A program made the translations under genes and the position numbers. Below are positions 55,339 to 64,000 of a stretch of DNA of 64,000 bases, piece after piece. The stretch lies in NCBI GenBank assembly GCA_019248485.1, contig JAEHGL010000001.1:11446-75445 (forward strand), given 5' to 3'. The DNA is from Candidatus Komeilibacteria bacterium S5_K13 (lineage in GTDB: Bacteria; Patescibacteriota; Patescibacteriia; UBA1558; S5-K13). Within the stretch, counting starts at the first letter, position 1, and every line of letters starts with the position of its first letter. The notes under the pieces were generated by a model, which saw only the letters and a list, made by a program, of their open reading frames with translations, had not been told where the DNA came from and ran no database searches.

Positions 55339-56253
55339 TTAAAATAAATATTGAATAATAAGTCCCGTAACTACACTAACCACAAATAACAAGCCGATCA
55401 CCTTAAAAATATCTTTTTTATTTTTGTCTTCTCGAAACAAAACCAAAATTCCCAAGCCACCACTAGCACACAATCCAGAGATTATAGAACCATAAGAGAT
55501 TACGCCATTAATATATAATTGCGTTATAACAACCGATGCAGCGCAATTAGGAATTAATCCTATTAGAGCAGCTATAAATGGTTGCCAAAAGCTATTGACC
55601 AAAAATAAATTAGCAAAATTTTCTTCACCAATATAAAAAATACTAAAATTTATAAACAAAGTTGCTATCAATATAAATATAAAAATTTTAAACGTATGAA
55701 TTAGTGGATGAAAAAATATTTCTTTGTAACTAAATTTTTTAGCTGATGCATTAATACAATGCCCACAACAAGCTATTTTTTCAACAATAGACTCATGATG
55801 ATGACTGCTATCGTCATTTCCTTTATTATAAATATCAATATGGGCTAATATTTTTTTATTAGATTTTTTAAAAATCAAATCGACAGCATATCCCGCTACT
55901 AGAGCTATGAAAATTTTTGTTAAAATAATTGGCAATATCAGACTAGTTTTATCTGGATAAGACAAAATAACTGGAATTGCCTCATCAGAAGTTGATAATA
56001 AAACCGCTAAAAAAGTGCCTATGGTTACTAATTTCTGGGTATATAAAGCTGCTGTCACTACTGAAAAACCACACTGCGGAAAACTTCCAACCAAAGCTCC
56101 TAATGCTGGACCAGCATAGCCCGCTTTTTGAATTTTTTCTTTTATTAGATTGCCAAATTTATATTCAATTATTTCGATGATTATATAAACAAACAATAAA
56201 AAGGGGATCATTTTTATTGTATCAATAAGGGCGTCTAAAAATATTTCTTGCAT
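55339..56253 (-). CDS. Polytopic permease with a His/Cys-rich loop (DDSSHHHESIVEKIACCGHC), putative metal transporter (ArsP_2/DUF2899-like).
   Basis: About ten TM helices, a GPALGALVGSFPQCGFS motif and an HHH/CCGHC cluster. Confidence 0.4.
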   Translation of the reverse strand: MQEIFLDALIDTIKMIPFLLFVYIIIEIIEYKFGNLIKEKIQKAGYAGPALGALVGSFPQCGFSVVTAALYTQKLVTIGTFLAVLLSTSDEAIPVILSYPDKTSLILPIILTKIFIALVAGYAVDLIFKKSNKKILAHIDIYNKGNDDSSHHHESIVEKIACCGHCINASAKKFSYKEIFFHPLIHTFKIFIFILIATLFINFSIFYIGEENFANLFLVNSFWQPFIAALIGLIPNCAASVVITQLYINGVISYGSIISGLCASGGLGILVLFREDKNKKDIFKVIGLLFVVSVVTGLIIQYLF

Positions 56254-56466
56254 AAATATTATTCTCTAAAAATAAAAATTATACATTTATTTTCGCATAA
56301 TTTATACAAAAAGACAATAATAAAAAACATTACTCCTTCGGCAATGTTCTTTGGTAGTTCCATATAGTTCGGGACGTTAGAACTATTATCCAACAACAAA
56401 ATGAATATATTCATATTCCTAGTTTAAAATATAGCTGATTTATAACTTATCCTACTACCCTACTCA

Positions 56467-57669
56467 CTATTGTTTTCTTAGTTTTTCTTTACTTATAAAA
56501 TTTACTGCCAAAAAAGTGGCGATAGGAACAGCTAAAATAATTCCAATACTACCAGTCAAAGCTCTAACTATTTCTGTAGCCATCATTTCATTATCTATGA
56601 CCTGATTAAATGTCAAAAATGGCTCTTGTTTAACACTAAATAAAATTAAAAGTGGTAAAGATGCTCCAGCATAAGCCAAAAACAAAGTATTTATCATTGA
56701 GCTTAGATGCGAGACTCCAACGCGCATAGCTTGTTTATAAATTTGATTTTTTGACAATTCTGAATTTGATATTTTTAATTCTTTGACTAGAGCTACTTGA
56801 GAAATTATCACATCGTCTAATACGCCTAATGCACCAATAATAATACCCGCCAATAATAGACCCTTAATATTTATATTTCCTCCAGCAAGTCCAACTAAAT
56901 AAGTTGCCTCTTCGCTAGCAAAACCCGTCAATTTTGTTATTGATGAAAACCAAATAGATAATAATCCAGTAATTATTAAAGAAATTAGAATAGAAAAAAT
57001 AGAAATTGTTGATGTTCTTTTAAGCCCCTCTGTAATATAAACACCAAAAACTAAAATAAATAATGAGCCAACTATTGTAATAAAGAGTGGGTCTGCTCCA
57101 GATAATATTTTTGGAATAATAAATTTTAAAATAACTAAAAATGTTAACAATAACACAACTAAAGCTCGAGCACCTTTAAATCTACCTATAATTACCACAG
57201 TCAAAATAAATAATAAAACTAGCCAATATATACTACTAGTTCTAGAAAACCCTATAACATAAAAACTCTCACCACCGCTCGGTTCAACGCTATAATGAAC
57301 CAAAACCTTATCTCCAACCTTATATTCACTAGCAGATGAAACGTCATATTCTGTTCCATTAAAAAATACCTCCTTATTTCTCCAACCATCTTCAAGTCCT
57401 ATAAGTTTTAATTTTTGTTGAATTGAAATTGAACCATCATCACGTAGTATGCTGTTATTTTCAATTACCTCTACAACTCTAGCTTTAAAAATTTCTTCTA
57501 CACTATTAATTTGTAAATCTATTTCTTGAGGCGCAGCTTCTTCTGACACAATTTCTTCGTTAAGATTGTTGGAATTTTCTTCTTGTGCATTTGCAAAATT
57601 TACAGTTTGAAATAAACCAAATAAAGTAATTGGGAATAAAATAAAAAATAATAATAATTTAATTTTCAT
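56467..57669 (-). CDS. YibE/F-family membrane protein.
   Basis: Signal peptide, extracellular N-domain, then eight TM helices with GVLDDVIISQVA-type motifs. Confidence 0.45.
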   Translation of the reverse strand: MKIKLLLFFILFPITLFGLFQTVNFANAQEENSNNLNEEIVSEEAAPQEIDLQINSVEEIFKARVVEVIENNSILRDDGSISIQQKLKLIGLEDGWRNKEVFFNGTEYDVSSASEYKVGDKVLVHYSVEPSGGESFYVIGFSRTSSIYWLVLLFILTVVIIGRFKGARALVVLLLTFLVILKFIIPKILSGADPLFITIVGSLFILVFGVYITEGLKRTSTISIFSILISLIITGLLSIWFSSITKLTGFASEEATYLVGLAGGNINIKGLLLAGIIIGALGVLDDVIISQVALVKELKISNSELSKNQIYKQAMRVGVSHLSSMINTLFLAYAGASLPLLILFSVKQEPFLTFNQVIDNEMMATEIVRALTGSIGIILAVPIATFLAVNFISKEKLRKQ

Positions 57670-57683
57670 AATACAAATCGGCT

Positions 57684-57959
57684 CTAATTAATTATTTTAA
57701 TTGCCTTTCCGTTTATTAACGCATCTGCTATTTTTTTATAAGCTGAATAAAGTATTCTCTGATATGTGCTTGTTGATGTATGCATTTTTTTTGCAGCCTC
57801 TTGTTGCTCCAAGTCATTTGCATGACGCAAACGATAAGCCTCTATTTCCTCTATAGTAAGCTCGACAGTCTCAAGATTCCTCATAGGAATTCCTTGGGGT
57901 TTAAAATAGGTAACATTTGGATTAAACTCTATTTTTCTACAAAGTCTTGGTCTTGGCAT
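57684..57959 (-). CDS. DUF134 (UPF0251) putative DNA-binding protein.
   Basis: MPRPRLCRKI...YFKPQGIP...EIEAYRL signature. Confidence 0.65.
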   Translation of the reverse strand: MPRPRLCRKIEFNPNVTYFKPQGIPMRNLETVELTIEEIEAYRLRHANDLEQQEAAKKMHTSTSTYQRILYSAYKKIADALINGKAIKIIN

Positions 57960-58114
57960 ATTATTTTATTTGCAATAATACTTAATGTATCTTTGGCTTT
58001 TATTATATTATTAAATTCAAATATTGAAAAGTCATAATAAATCTGATATTCTTTTTATAAAGAAGGTGCTTCGGCTCTCCGTCTTTAATGAAGAGCCGTT
58101 TCCAGTGCCTTCTT

Positions 58115-58348
58115 TTATTTTTGGTCTTTTAGAGCTTCTTTTTCTGATTTTATGATTTCTAATTGTTCTAAAAGCATTTTCTCTTCATTTTCTAATGCTT
58201 GTAATTCGTTTTTGGGAGAAATAAATCTTCTAAATCCAAACCCATTTCTACAACCATAACCCATTCCATTCCCATTTCCGCAACGACCCATTCCACGACC
58301 AGTCATTGGACCTTCACCCATTGGGCCTGTTCCATTTTTATTTGGCAT
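58115..58348 (-). CDS. DUF5320-family small protein.
   Basis: Gly/Met-rich NGTGPMGEGPMTGRGMGRCGNGNGMGYG plus a C-terminal coiled coil. Adjacent to DUF134. Confidence 0.6.
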   Translation of the reverse strand: MPNKNGTGPMGEGPMTGRGMGRCGNGNGMGYGCRNGFGFRRFISPKNELQALENEEKMLLEQLEIIKSEKEALKDQK

Positions 58349-58508
58349 ATATTTGTCCTTTCTTTAATTTTTTATATTTTGGCAATTCGATCTTTATATA
58401 TTACCTATTATGAGTATACGCCCATAACTATTAAATGTCAAATCATAATCATTTGACTTTTATAACACTTATATTCATAATAAATAAATAATCGATTAAT
58501 ATAACCAT

Positions 58509-58937
58509 ATGAAAAAAGGAATCATTGTACATACCATCGTTTTTAATTCAAATAAAGAAATCTTATTAATAAAAAGATCTAGTGCCGAAACTACTTTACC
58601 TGGATACTGGGATATTCCTGGCGGGACACTTGAAGACGGCGAAGATCCAACAAATGGTGCAATTAGAGAAACACTGGAAGAAACTGGCATAAAAATAGAT
58701 AGGCCGAGTTTGTTTTTCTATACATCAAATATAGATACTCAAAAAAATAAACAATTTATTCTTATGATATTTATAACCCAAACCTTTAACTCACAAGTTA
58801 TATTAAACAAAGATGATCATGAAGATTATAAATGGATAGATATAAATGATCCACTTCAACTTAGTGTAGTTTTCTATATTAAAGATTGTTTTAAACTATT
58901 GAGGTCTAAAAAACATAAGTTATTAAAATTTATATAA
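58509..58937 (+). CDS. NUDIX hydrolase.
   Basis: Nudix box GGTLEDGEDPTNGAIRETLEETGI. Confidence 0.75.
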   Translation: MKKGIIVHTIVFNSNKEILLIKRSSAETTLPGYWDIPGGTLEDGEDPTNGAIRETLEETGIKIDRPSLFFYTSNIDTQKNKQFILMIFITQTFNSQVILNKDDHEDYKWIDINDPLQLSVVFYIKDCFKLLRSKKHKLLKFI

Positions 58938-58946
58938 TCGCTTAAA

Positions 58947-58995
58947 CGTTTTTTAAAACAAAAAGACGTCTTGATATAAAACGTCTCTTATGCTC
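58947..58995. repeat. 49-bp direct repeat A (Bro-N gene 3' end plus terminator hairpin AGACGT...ACGTCT). Its mate lies at 61120-61168, with one mismatch.
   Basis: AAAACAAAAAGACGTCTTGATATAAAACGTCTCTTATGCTCTAATATGT. Confidence 0.8.
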
Positions 58996-59866
58996 TAATA
59001 TGTGATTCATTACTATTTTGAAAAACCTTTTTTAACTTTTTTTGCTTTGATAATCTTTTAAAATTGTTTTTACTCACTATCGGCTTACCAGTTTTTTGTT
59101 CCAATTCTAAACGAGCATTTTTCGCAACATGTCCACCTTTTTTTGCGGGAATTTTATTATCTTCTACTCCTTTTGTTTCCATTGTTTCTGCAATTTGGCG
59201 TGTAGAAAGTTCTGCTAAAGCTGTAAAAACTAGCTCGGCATCTGTCATGTGATCTCGTAAATTTTCTTGACGCAAATCTTTTAAGCTCTTGTGTTCTTTT
59301 ATTGTAAGATCACTCCATTCTTTATGAATAATATTTGTCAAAATAGCATACTCCTCTTTTTTTCTTACTTCATTATCCTTCCAATAATCAGTCAATTTAT
59401 TGCGAATTTCTTGTCCCATCATTCTCTGTTGTATCCATTTTTTATCTCGTCCCATTTTCTGCCAATATTCACAACTTCTATCTAAAGCTCTTTCTGGATC
59501 ATTCATTTCTTGCACTCTTTCATAACCAACTTTTGCTAACCATAATTTAATAGGTTCAGCCTTTTTGCTTGGAATAGATTGAATAAGGCGCAAAATTGTT
59601 TCTACGTCAGCAACATCTGTTTTATAAAATTTACCATCTGCGGACAAAAGTTTCAGTTTGTCACATTTTGTGACAGACTCATTTCCCTCTCTTTTTAAAC
59701 GATTTTTAAGAGTTGCCCAATAACTTTGTGCTTTTTTGAAATCTATTTGCTCAATTAAAATAGCAACGATATCAATTACTGAAAAATACCATGTCTCAGT
59801 CTTTTCATCATAATATCGACGAATTTTGTGAGTTTTAAAAATAGCAATGTTTTTATTTTTTTTCAT
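58988..59866 (-). CDS. Bro-N domain protein with a DinD-like (DNA-damage-inducible protein D) C-terminal region.
   Basis: The N-terminal IAIFKTHKIRRYYDEKTETWYFSVIDIVAIL resembles Bro-N. The C-terminal FTALAELSTRQIAE...KKGGHVAKNARLELEQKTGKPIVS is DinD-like. Confidence 0.55.
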   Translation of the reverse strand: MKKNKNIAIFKTHKIRRYYDEKTETWYFSVIDIVAILIEQIDFKKAQSYWATLKNRLKREGNESVTKCDKLKLLSADGKFYKTDVADVETILRLIQSIPSKKAEPIKLWLAKVGYERVQEMNDPERALDRSCEYWQKMGRDKKWIQQRMMGQEIRNKLTDYWKDNEVRKKEEYAILTNIIHKEWSDLTIKEHKSLKDLRQENLRDHMTDAELVFTALAELSTRQIAETMETKGVEDNKIPAKKGGHVAKNARLELEQKTGKPIVSKNNFKRLSKQKKLKKVFQNSNESHIRA

Positions 59867-59949
59867 ATATTCTCTGTCCCTTTGAATAACCGGACAGTAA
59901 TTATATTATAACTTAATCTTGCCATAATTCATTCTAGAAATCAATTGAA

Positions 59950-60537
59950 TTAATTTTCATTCTCTTTGCTCCAAAAATCTACGTCTTCCCCATCTTCATG
60001 AATACTATCAAAAAAATCTGCTGGCATGTCTTTATATTTACTCTTTAAAATTATTGCCTCAGCCTCGCTTATCCATAATTTCTCATATTCAACCTTACCC
60101 TCTAATCGCTCTAATCTATTTTTAACTAAAACATAATAATCTTCACTAAAATTATATTTCCATTCTTCTAATTTCTTTGGATCTTTTATATTATTCATAA
60201 TTCTATTATGTAATTCTCTATCTAAATCTAATTCTTCCAACGCTGTTGCTGCAGCATTAATCTTGATCATTTTTTGATATAATTGATCTTCTCTTATTCT
60301 AAACATTTTAGCCAAACGAAAATCTTTTTCTTCATTTTCACTATCAGCAGAATAATAAAAAAATTCTGCTTCTTCAAGTGCTAGTTTAGCAAAATCTTGT
60401 AATTCTTTATCTTTGCTAGTTTTAATAAAGTTTTTTATTTGTTGAATAGATTGCTTCGTCCCCTCATGAGCCCAACCAATAAGTTAAGCCTTATCATCTG
60501 ATTCTCCCATGTTTTTTAAAAATTGTTTTTTTGTCAT
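59950..60537 (-). pseudogene. Hypothetical gene with an in-frame TAA (at 60484-60486) separating a 17-codon N-terminal piece from a 179-codon continuation. Probable nonsense-disrupted gene.
   Basis: Minus frame reads MTKKQFLKNMGESDDKA-stop-LIGWAHEGTKQSIQQIKNFIKTSKDKELQDFAKLALEEAEFFYYSADSENEEKDFRLAKMFRIRED... The track ORF starts at a TTG at 60315. Confidence 0.4.
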
Positions 60538-60584
60538 ATTATTTTTTAATAATTAAATTACACCATTTAAAAATATCGTTATTT

Positions 60585-60914
60585 TTAATTATCAAAAATA
60601 GCAACATCTCCCTTATCATATTCTCCGATTTCAAAACCATCATATTTAAAATTATCTCCGTTTTGATAAAAAAATAAGGATACTTGTTGATTAAGCACCA
60701 AAATAAAACCTCGCTCATTGATACTAGTAGAAAAAATATCAATTTTCTCAGATGTAGAAAAAATTTTATGTAATTTATGAAAATCTATACTTGTCTTTGT
60801 TTCTTTTGTCGTAAACTTAAATATAGATTGTGGCCAAAGTTTAAACAATACTTTTTGCCATAAAGATAATTTCAAAGCTTCTAGACCATTTTCTTTTAAA
60901 AATTCTTTGTTCAT
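60585..60914 (-). CDS. Hypothetical protein (109 aa).
   Basis: ORF only. Confidence 0.3.
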   Translation of the reverse strand: MNKEFLKENGLEALKLSLWQKVLFKLWPQSIFKFTTKETKTSIDFHKLHKIFSTSEKIDIFSTSINERGFILVLNQQVSLFFYQNGDNFKYDGFEIGEYDKGDVAIFDN

Positions 60915-61119
60915 AAAATTTCAATATATTTATTAAATAAAAAACGCTCCATAAATTCGCTTTTTCTAAATTGTGACCCAATTAATACCTAAGTCTTAAC
61001 AAAACATTATAATAAGGTATAAAAATATTCAATAATGATATGCACCTATATTAAGCCGTCTAATTTATTAGAAATACATACTAAAAATTACTCTGCAATT
61101 AAATTATCTTATTACAATC

Positions 61120-61168
61120 AAAACAAAAAGACGTCTTGAAATAAAACGTCTCTTATGCTCTAATATGT
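61120..61168. repeat. 49-bp direct repeat B (orphan copy of the Bro-N gene end and terminator).
   Basis: AAAACAAAAAGACGTCTTGAAATAAAACGTCTCTTATGCTCTAATATGT. Confidence 0.8.
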
Positions 61169-61174
61169 TATTTT

Positions 61175-61292
61175 CGACGCAACCCCGTCTTCGCTCGCCT
61201 CGCATTCGCTACCTGCCTCGACTTGTGTCTATGGCAAGGCGGGTGGCGAAGCGGGCCTACGGCTACGCCGAGGCAGGTCGGTTGCTCGAAAC
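61175..61292 (+). repeat. GC-rich repeat element, copy 3 (the longest). It has an additional right arm containing CGAGGCAGGT, which is complementary to ACCTGCCTCG.
   Basis: ...CGCCTCGCATTCGCTACCTGCCTCGACTTGTGTCTATGGCAAGGCGGGTGGCGAAGCGGGCCTACGGCTACGCCGAGGCAGGTCGGTTGCTCG. Confidence 0.8.
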
Positions 61293-61638
61293 ATGTACTA
61301 AGTTGGCTCCCTAAATCGGACCCTAATCTGTTAAGTACCAAACCATAAACATTGATTATTTTATAAATAGTGTTATTATATTTATATATTCTAAAAATAT
61401 GATTTCAAACAGATTTCAAACAACGAACAAGTCTTGGTGGACTACCCATAATATTGGGTAGACGCTCTTTTGTTTAAAATATTTTCATAAAACTACTCAA
61501 TATTATTCCAAAGTATTGGGTAGTTTTTTATTTACAAAAAAATAAGTTTATGCACTATTATTTTCATAACAAATCAACAGAGCCTTGGCGATGCAATAAT
61601 TACGTATCTTATTTTATTAATATTTAAAATTAAATTAT

Positions 61639-62841
61639 ATGAAAAATTCATTAAAACAATCCCCTAATCAATTTGGTTATTTCGGTAAATATGGTGGACA
61701 AATTATTCCACCAACATTAATACCAATATTCGATGATATAGCTAAGGCATACAAAATTGCTCAAGCTGATCCTGATTTCCAAACAGAATATCAAAATCTA
61801 TTAAAAAATTATGTTGGTAGACCATCACCGTTATATTACGCCAAAAACTTATCAGAGAAATTAGGTGAAGCAAAAATATATTTAAAACGTGAAGATTTAA
61901 ATCACACCGGCGCACATAAGATAAATCATACTCTTGGTGAAGCATTACTTGCTAAGAGAATGGGCAAGACTAAACTACTAGCAGAAACTGGTGCAGGACA
62001 ACATGGCGTAGCACTAGCTACAGCAACTGCACTTGTAGGAATAGAATGTGAAATTCACATGGGTGAAATTGATGTCTTAAAACAACATCCAAATGTTATT
62101 CGCATGCAACTACTGGGTGCAAAAGTTGTAACTGTAAAATCGGGCGGACGCTCACTAAAAGATGCTGTCGATAGCGCCTTTGATGCTTTTGTAAAAGATC
62201 CAAAAAATATATTCTTTGGTATTGGCTCAATAGTTGGGCCACATCCATTTCCTATGATGGTTAGAGATTTTCAATCTATTATTGGCAAAGAAGCGAAAGT
62301 TCAAATTTTAGAACAAGAAGGCAGATTACCGGATTATTTAATTGCCTGTGTTGGTGGTGGTTCAAATGCGATTGGCTTATTCCATGAATTCTTAGATGAT
62401 GAGAGCGTAAAAATGATAGGAGTTGAACCCAGTGGAAGAAGTTTCAATCATGGAGACAATGCAGCGACTCTAACACTAGGTAAACCTGGAAATATTCATG
62501 GAATGTTTACTTATTTACTACAAGATGATAACGGAGAACCGTTACCAGTTCACTCTATTGCTTCAGGATTAGATTATCCAGGAGTTGGACCAATTCATTC
62601 TGATTTAAAAGATTCAGGAAGAGTAACATATGAATCAATAAATGATGTAGAAGCGCTAGATGCTTTCCAAACTCTAACTAAATTAGAAGGTATTATTCCC
62701 GCACTAGAAAGTTCGCACGCATTAGCACATGCATTTAAAATTGCACCTAGTATGAGTTCTGACAAAATCATTATTATTAACTTATCTGGTAGAGGTGATA
62801 AAGACATTGATTATGTTGCAGAAAAGTTAGGTTATAAGTAA
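61639..62841 (+). CDS. trpB: Tryptophan synthase beta chain (standalone; no trpA in the window).
   Basis: [35 protein letters not shown] (PLP Lys), GAGQHGVA and GGGSNAIG motifs. Confidence 0.9.
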   Translation: MKNSLKQSPNQFGYFGKYGGQIIPPTLIPIFDDIAKAYKIAQADPDFQTEYQNLLKNYVGRPSPLYYAKNLSEKLGEAKIYLKREDLNHTGAHKINHTLGEALLAKRMGKTKLLAETGAGQHGVALATATALVGIECEIHMGEIDVLKQHPNVIRMQLLGAKVVTVKSGGRSLKDAVDSAFDAFVKDPKNIFFGIGSIVGPHPFPMMVRDFQSIIGKEAKVQILEQEGRLPDYLIACVGGGSNAIGLFHEFLDDESVKMIGVEPSGRSFNHGDNAATLTLGKPGNIHGMFTYLLQDDNGEPLPVHSIASGLDYPGVGPIHSDLKDSGRVTYESINDVEALDAFQTLTKLEGIIPALESSHALAHAFKIAPSMSSDKIIIINLSGRGDKDIDYVAEKLGYK

Positions 62842-62887
62842 AATACTTAAAATCAAAATTTTATTTTATTAATTTATTTATAAAATA

Positions 62888-62921
62888 AAAACCCCATAAT
62901 TATATCTGGGGCTTGGTTTTG
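62888..62921. terminator. Bidirectional terminator between trpB (+) and tRNA-Cys (-).
   Basis: AAACCCCATAATTATATCTGGGGCTTGGTTTT. Confidence 0.5.
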
Positions 62922-62945
62922 ATTTCAGACATCTTTTTTAAAAGA

Positions 62946-63019
62946 TGGAGGTCACGATCGGAATCGAACCGACGATGAGAGTTTTGCAGACTCCTGCCTT
63001 ACCACTTGGCTACGTGACC
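62946..63019 (-). tRNA. tRNA-Cys (anticodon GCA). CCA is encoded and the discriminator is U73.
   Basis: Manual fold. Acceptor stem GGTCACG/CGTGACC (7 bp), U8A9, D-loop with GG, anticodon stem GGAGT/ACTCT, loop CTGCAAA, T-arm GTCGG-TTCGATT-CCGAT, and 3' TCCA. Confidence 0.8.
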
Positions 63020-63156
63020 CCTAAGGAATTAATCCATATCTTATCTTGTGGATATCTTTACATATATTGTTATAAAAGTCAATAACAATAAACTTTTAAA
63101 AAATTTATATTTTTTATGTTAATTTTTCTATATAAAATTTTTAATTTATTAATGTT

Positions 63157-64000
63157 TTATTCTATGTTATATAAATCAGTGCTCAAATATTTCTCTCCTC
63201 TATCTGGGGATATAATTACTATGTTGCCACTTTTTATTTTTTTACTTATTTTTTTTGCCGCATATAATCCAGCACCAGAACTCATACCAAGCAACAATCC
63301 TTCTGTTTTCGCTATTTCTCTAACGGATTGTTTAATTAATTTATCTTCCAACTGAATTTTAACATCAAAAGCAGATTCATCATATATTTTCGGCACAATA
63401 CTCTCTTTCATATTTTTTAATCCTTGGATTTTATGTCCAAGAATTGGTTCTATGGCTATAATTTGTATATCTTTATTGTATTCTTTAAGTTTCTTTGATA
63501 TCCCAACTATAGTACCAGAGGTACCCAAGCCAGCTATAAAATGAGTTATTTGTGGCATGTCTTTTATAATTTCTTCAGCAGTCTTTTTATAGTGTATTTC
63601 TGGATTAGCAGGATTTTCAAATTGATTTGGCATCCAATATTTGTGAGGATTTTGTTCTATTATTTTTTTTGCTTTTAAAATGGCGCCATCTGTACCCTCC
63701 TCTTGATTTGTTAATATGATTTTTGCACCCAAGGCTTTCAAGATTTTTTTTCTTTCTTTTGTAACACCCCTGGACATTGTTAAAATAATTTTATATCCTT
63801 TTTGTGCTGCCACCATTGCCAAACCTATTCCAGTGTTTCCAGATGTGGGCTCAAATATGATTTTTTCTTTTGTAAGTTCACCGGATTTTTCAGCTGTCTC
63901 TATCATATTTAGAGCTATTCTATCCTTTACAGACCCTCCTGGATTTTGACCCTCTAATTTGATATAAATATTAACATTTGGATTTTCTGCATTTTTTATT
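63157..64000 (-). CDS. cysK: Cysteine synthase (CysK/CysM-like PLP enzyme). Partial: the N-terminus runs past the window end.
   Basis: TSGNTGIGLAMVAA and GTGGT(I) motifs. The upstream in-frame sequence reads LEGQNPGGSVKDRIA (PLP Lys). Confidence 0.8.
   Translation of the reverse strand, partial: IKNAENPNVNIYIKLEGQNPGGSVKDRIALNMIETAEKSGELTKEKIIFEPTSGNTGIGLAMVAAQKGYKIILTMSRGVTKERKKILKALGAKIILTNQEEGTDGAILKAKKIIEQNPHKYWMPNQFENPANPEIHYKKTAEEIIKDMPQITHFIAGLGTSGTIVGISKKLKEYNKDIQIIAIEPILGHKIQGLKNMKESIVPKIYDESAFDVKIQLEDKLIKQSVREIAKTEGLLLGMSSGAGLYAAKKISKKIKSGNIVIISPDRGEKYLSTDLYNIE

Noticed and set aside
58060-58110. Intrinsic terminator after the DUF5320 gene.
   Set aside because: Hairpins (CGGCTCT/AGAGCCG) are present but there is no adjacent U-run on the relevant strand. 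Left uncalled.
58496-58690. 64-aa minus-strand ORF overlapping the NUDIX gene start.
   Set aside because: Antisense to a motif-supported NUDIX hydrolase, with Ser/Pro-rich low complexity.
61330-61638. T-box riboswitch upstream of trpB.
   Set aside because: No AATTAGGGTGGNACCGCG T-box sequence or specifier-loop architecture is visible, only simple hairpins.

Overview
This is a 64-kb AT-rich (~30% GC) bacterial chromosome segment that looks like a small-genome Patescibacteria/CPR-like lineage.

Most core genes on both strands lack a Shine-Dalgarno (SD) sequence. The core content includes:
- an mreB-mreC-mreD-pbp2 block plus greA and a second mreB
- rseP, frr and holB
- recJ-ferredoxin-ricT-pyrH-tsf-rpsB
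- rpmE-prfA-prmC
- a secE-nusG-rplK-rplA operon
- a complete dTTP-synthesis gene cluster (tmk, tandem-domain thyX, dut, two P-loop kinases, dCMP deaminase)
- an ion-homeostasis cluster (VIT, P-type ATPase, TspO, MgtC)
- a DEAD-box helicase, typA, a Pif1-like helicase, trpB, tRNA-Cys and partial cysK.

Several small accessory or repeat features are interleaved with this core:
- A ~1.5-kb GC-rich, hairpin-dense noncoding locus (11.9-13.4 kb) with no credible ORF lies next to a higher-GC outer-membrane beta-barrel-like gene that carries an SD. This is the strongest candidate for an undescribed large structured RNA or a horizontally acquired island.
- A ~60-nt GC-rich repeat family occurs in three intergenic copies plus one in-frame intragenic partial copy.
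- There is a single REP-associated tyrosine transposase (IS200-like) gene.
- A GGTTAG/CTAACC hairpin-element family brackets a membrane-protein cassette inserted between rplK and rplA.
- The 3' end of rplA plus its terminator is duplicated around a 700-bp lipoprotein cassette.
- A 2.2-kb segment bounded by 49-bp direct repeats carries a Bro-N/DinD-like gene and a gene with an in-frame stop.
- Genes with strong GGAGG SD sites and higher GC content mark probable horizontal acquisitions in a genome that otherwise does not use SD.

All calls are made from sequence and motif reading only. No database searches were run.
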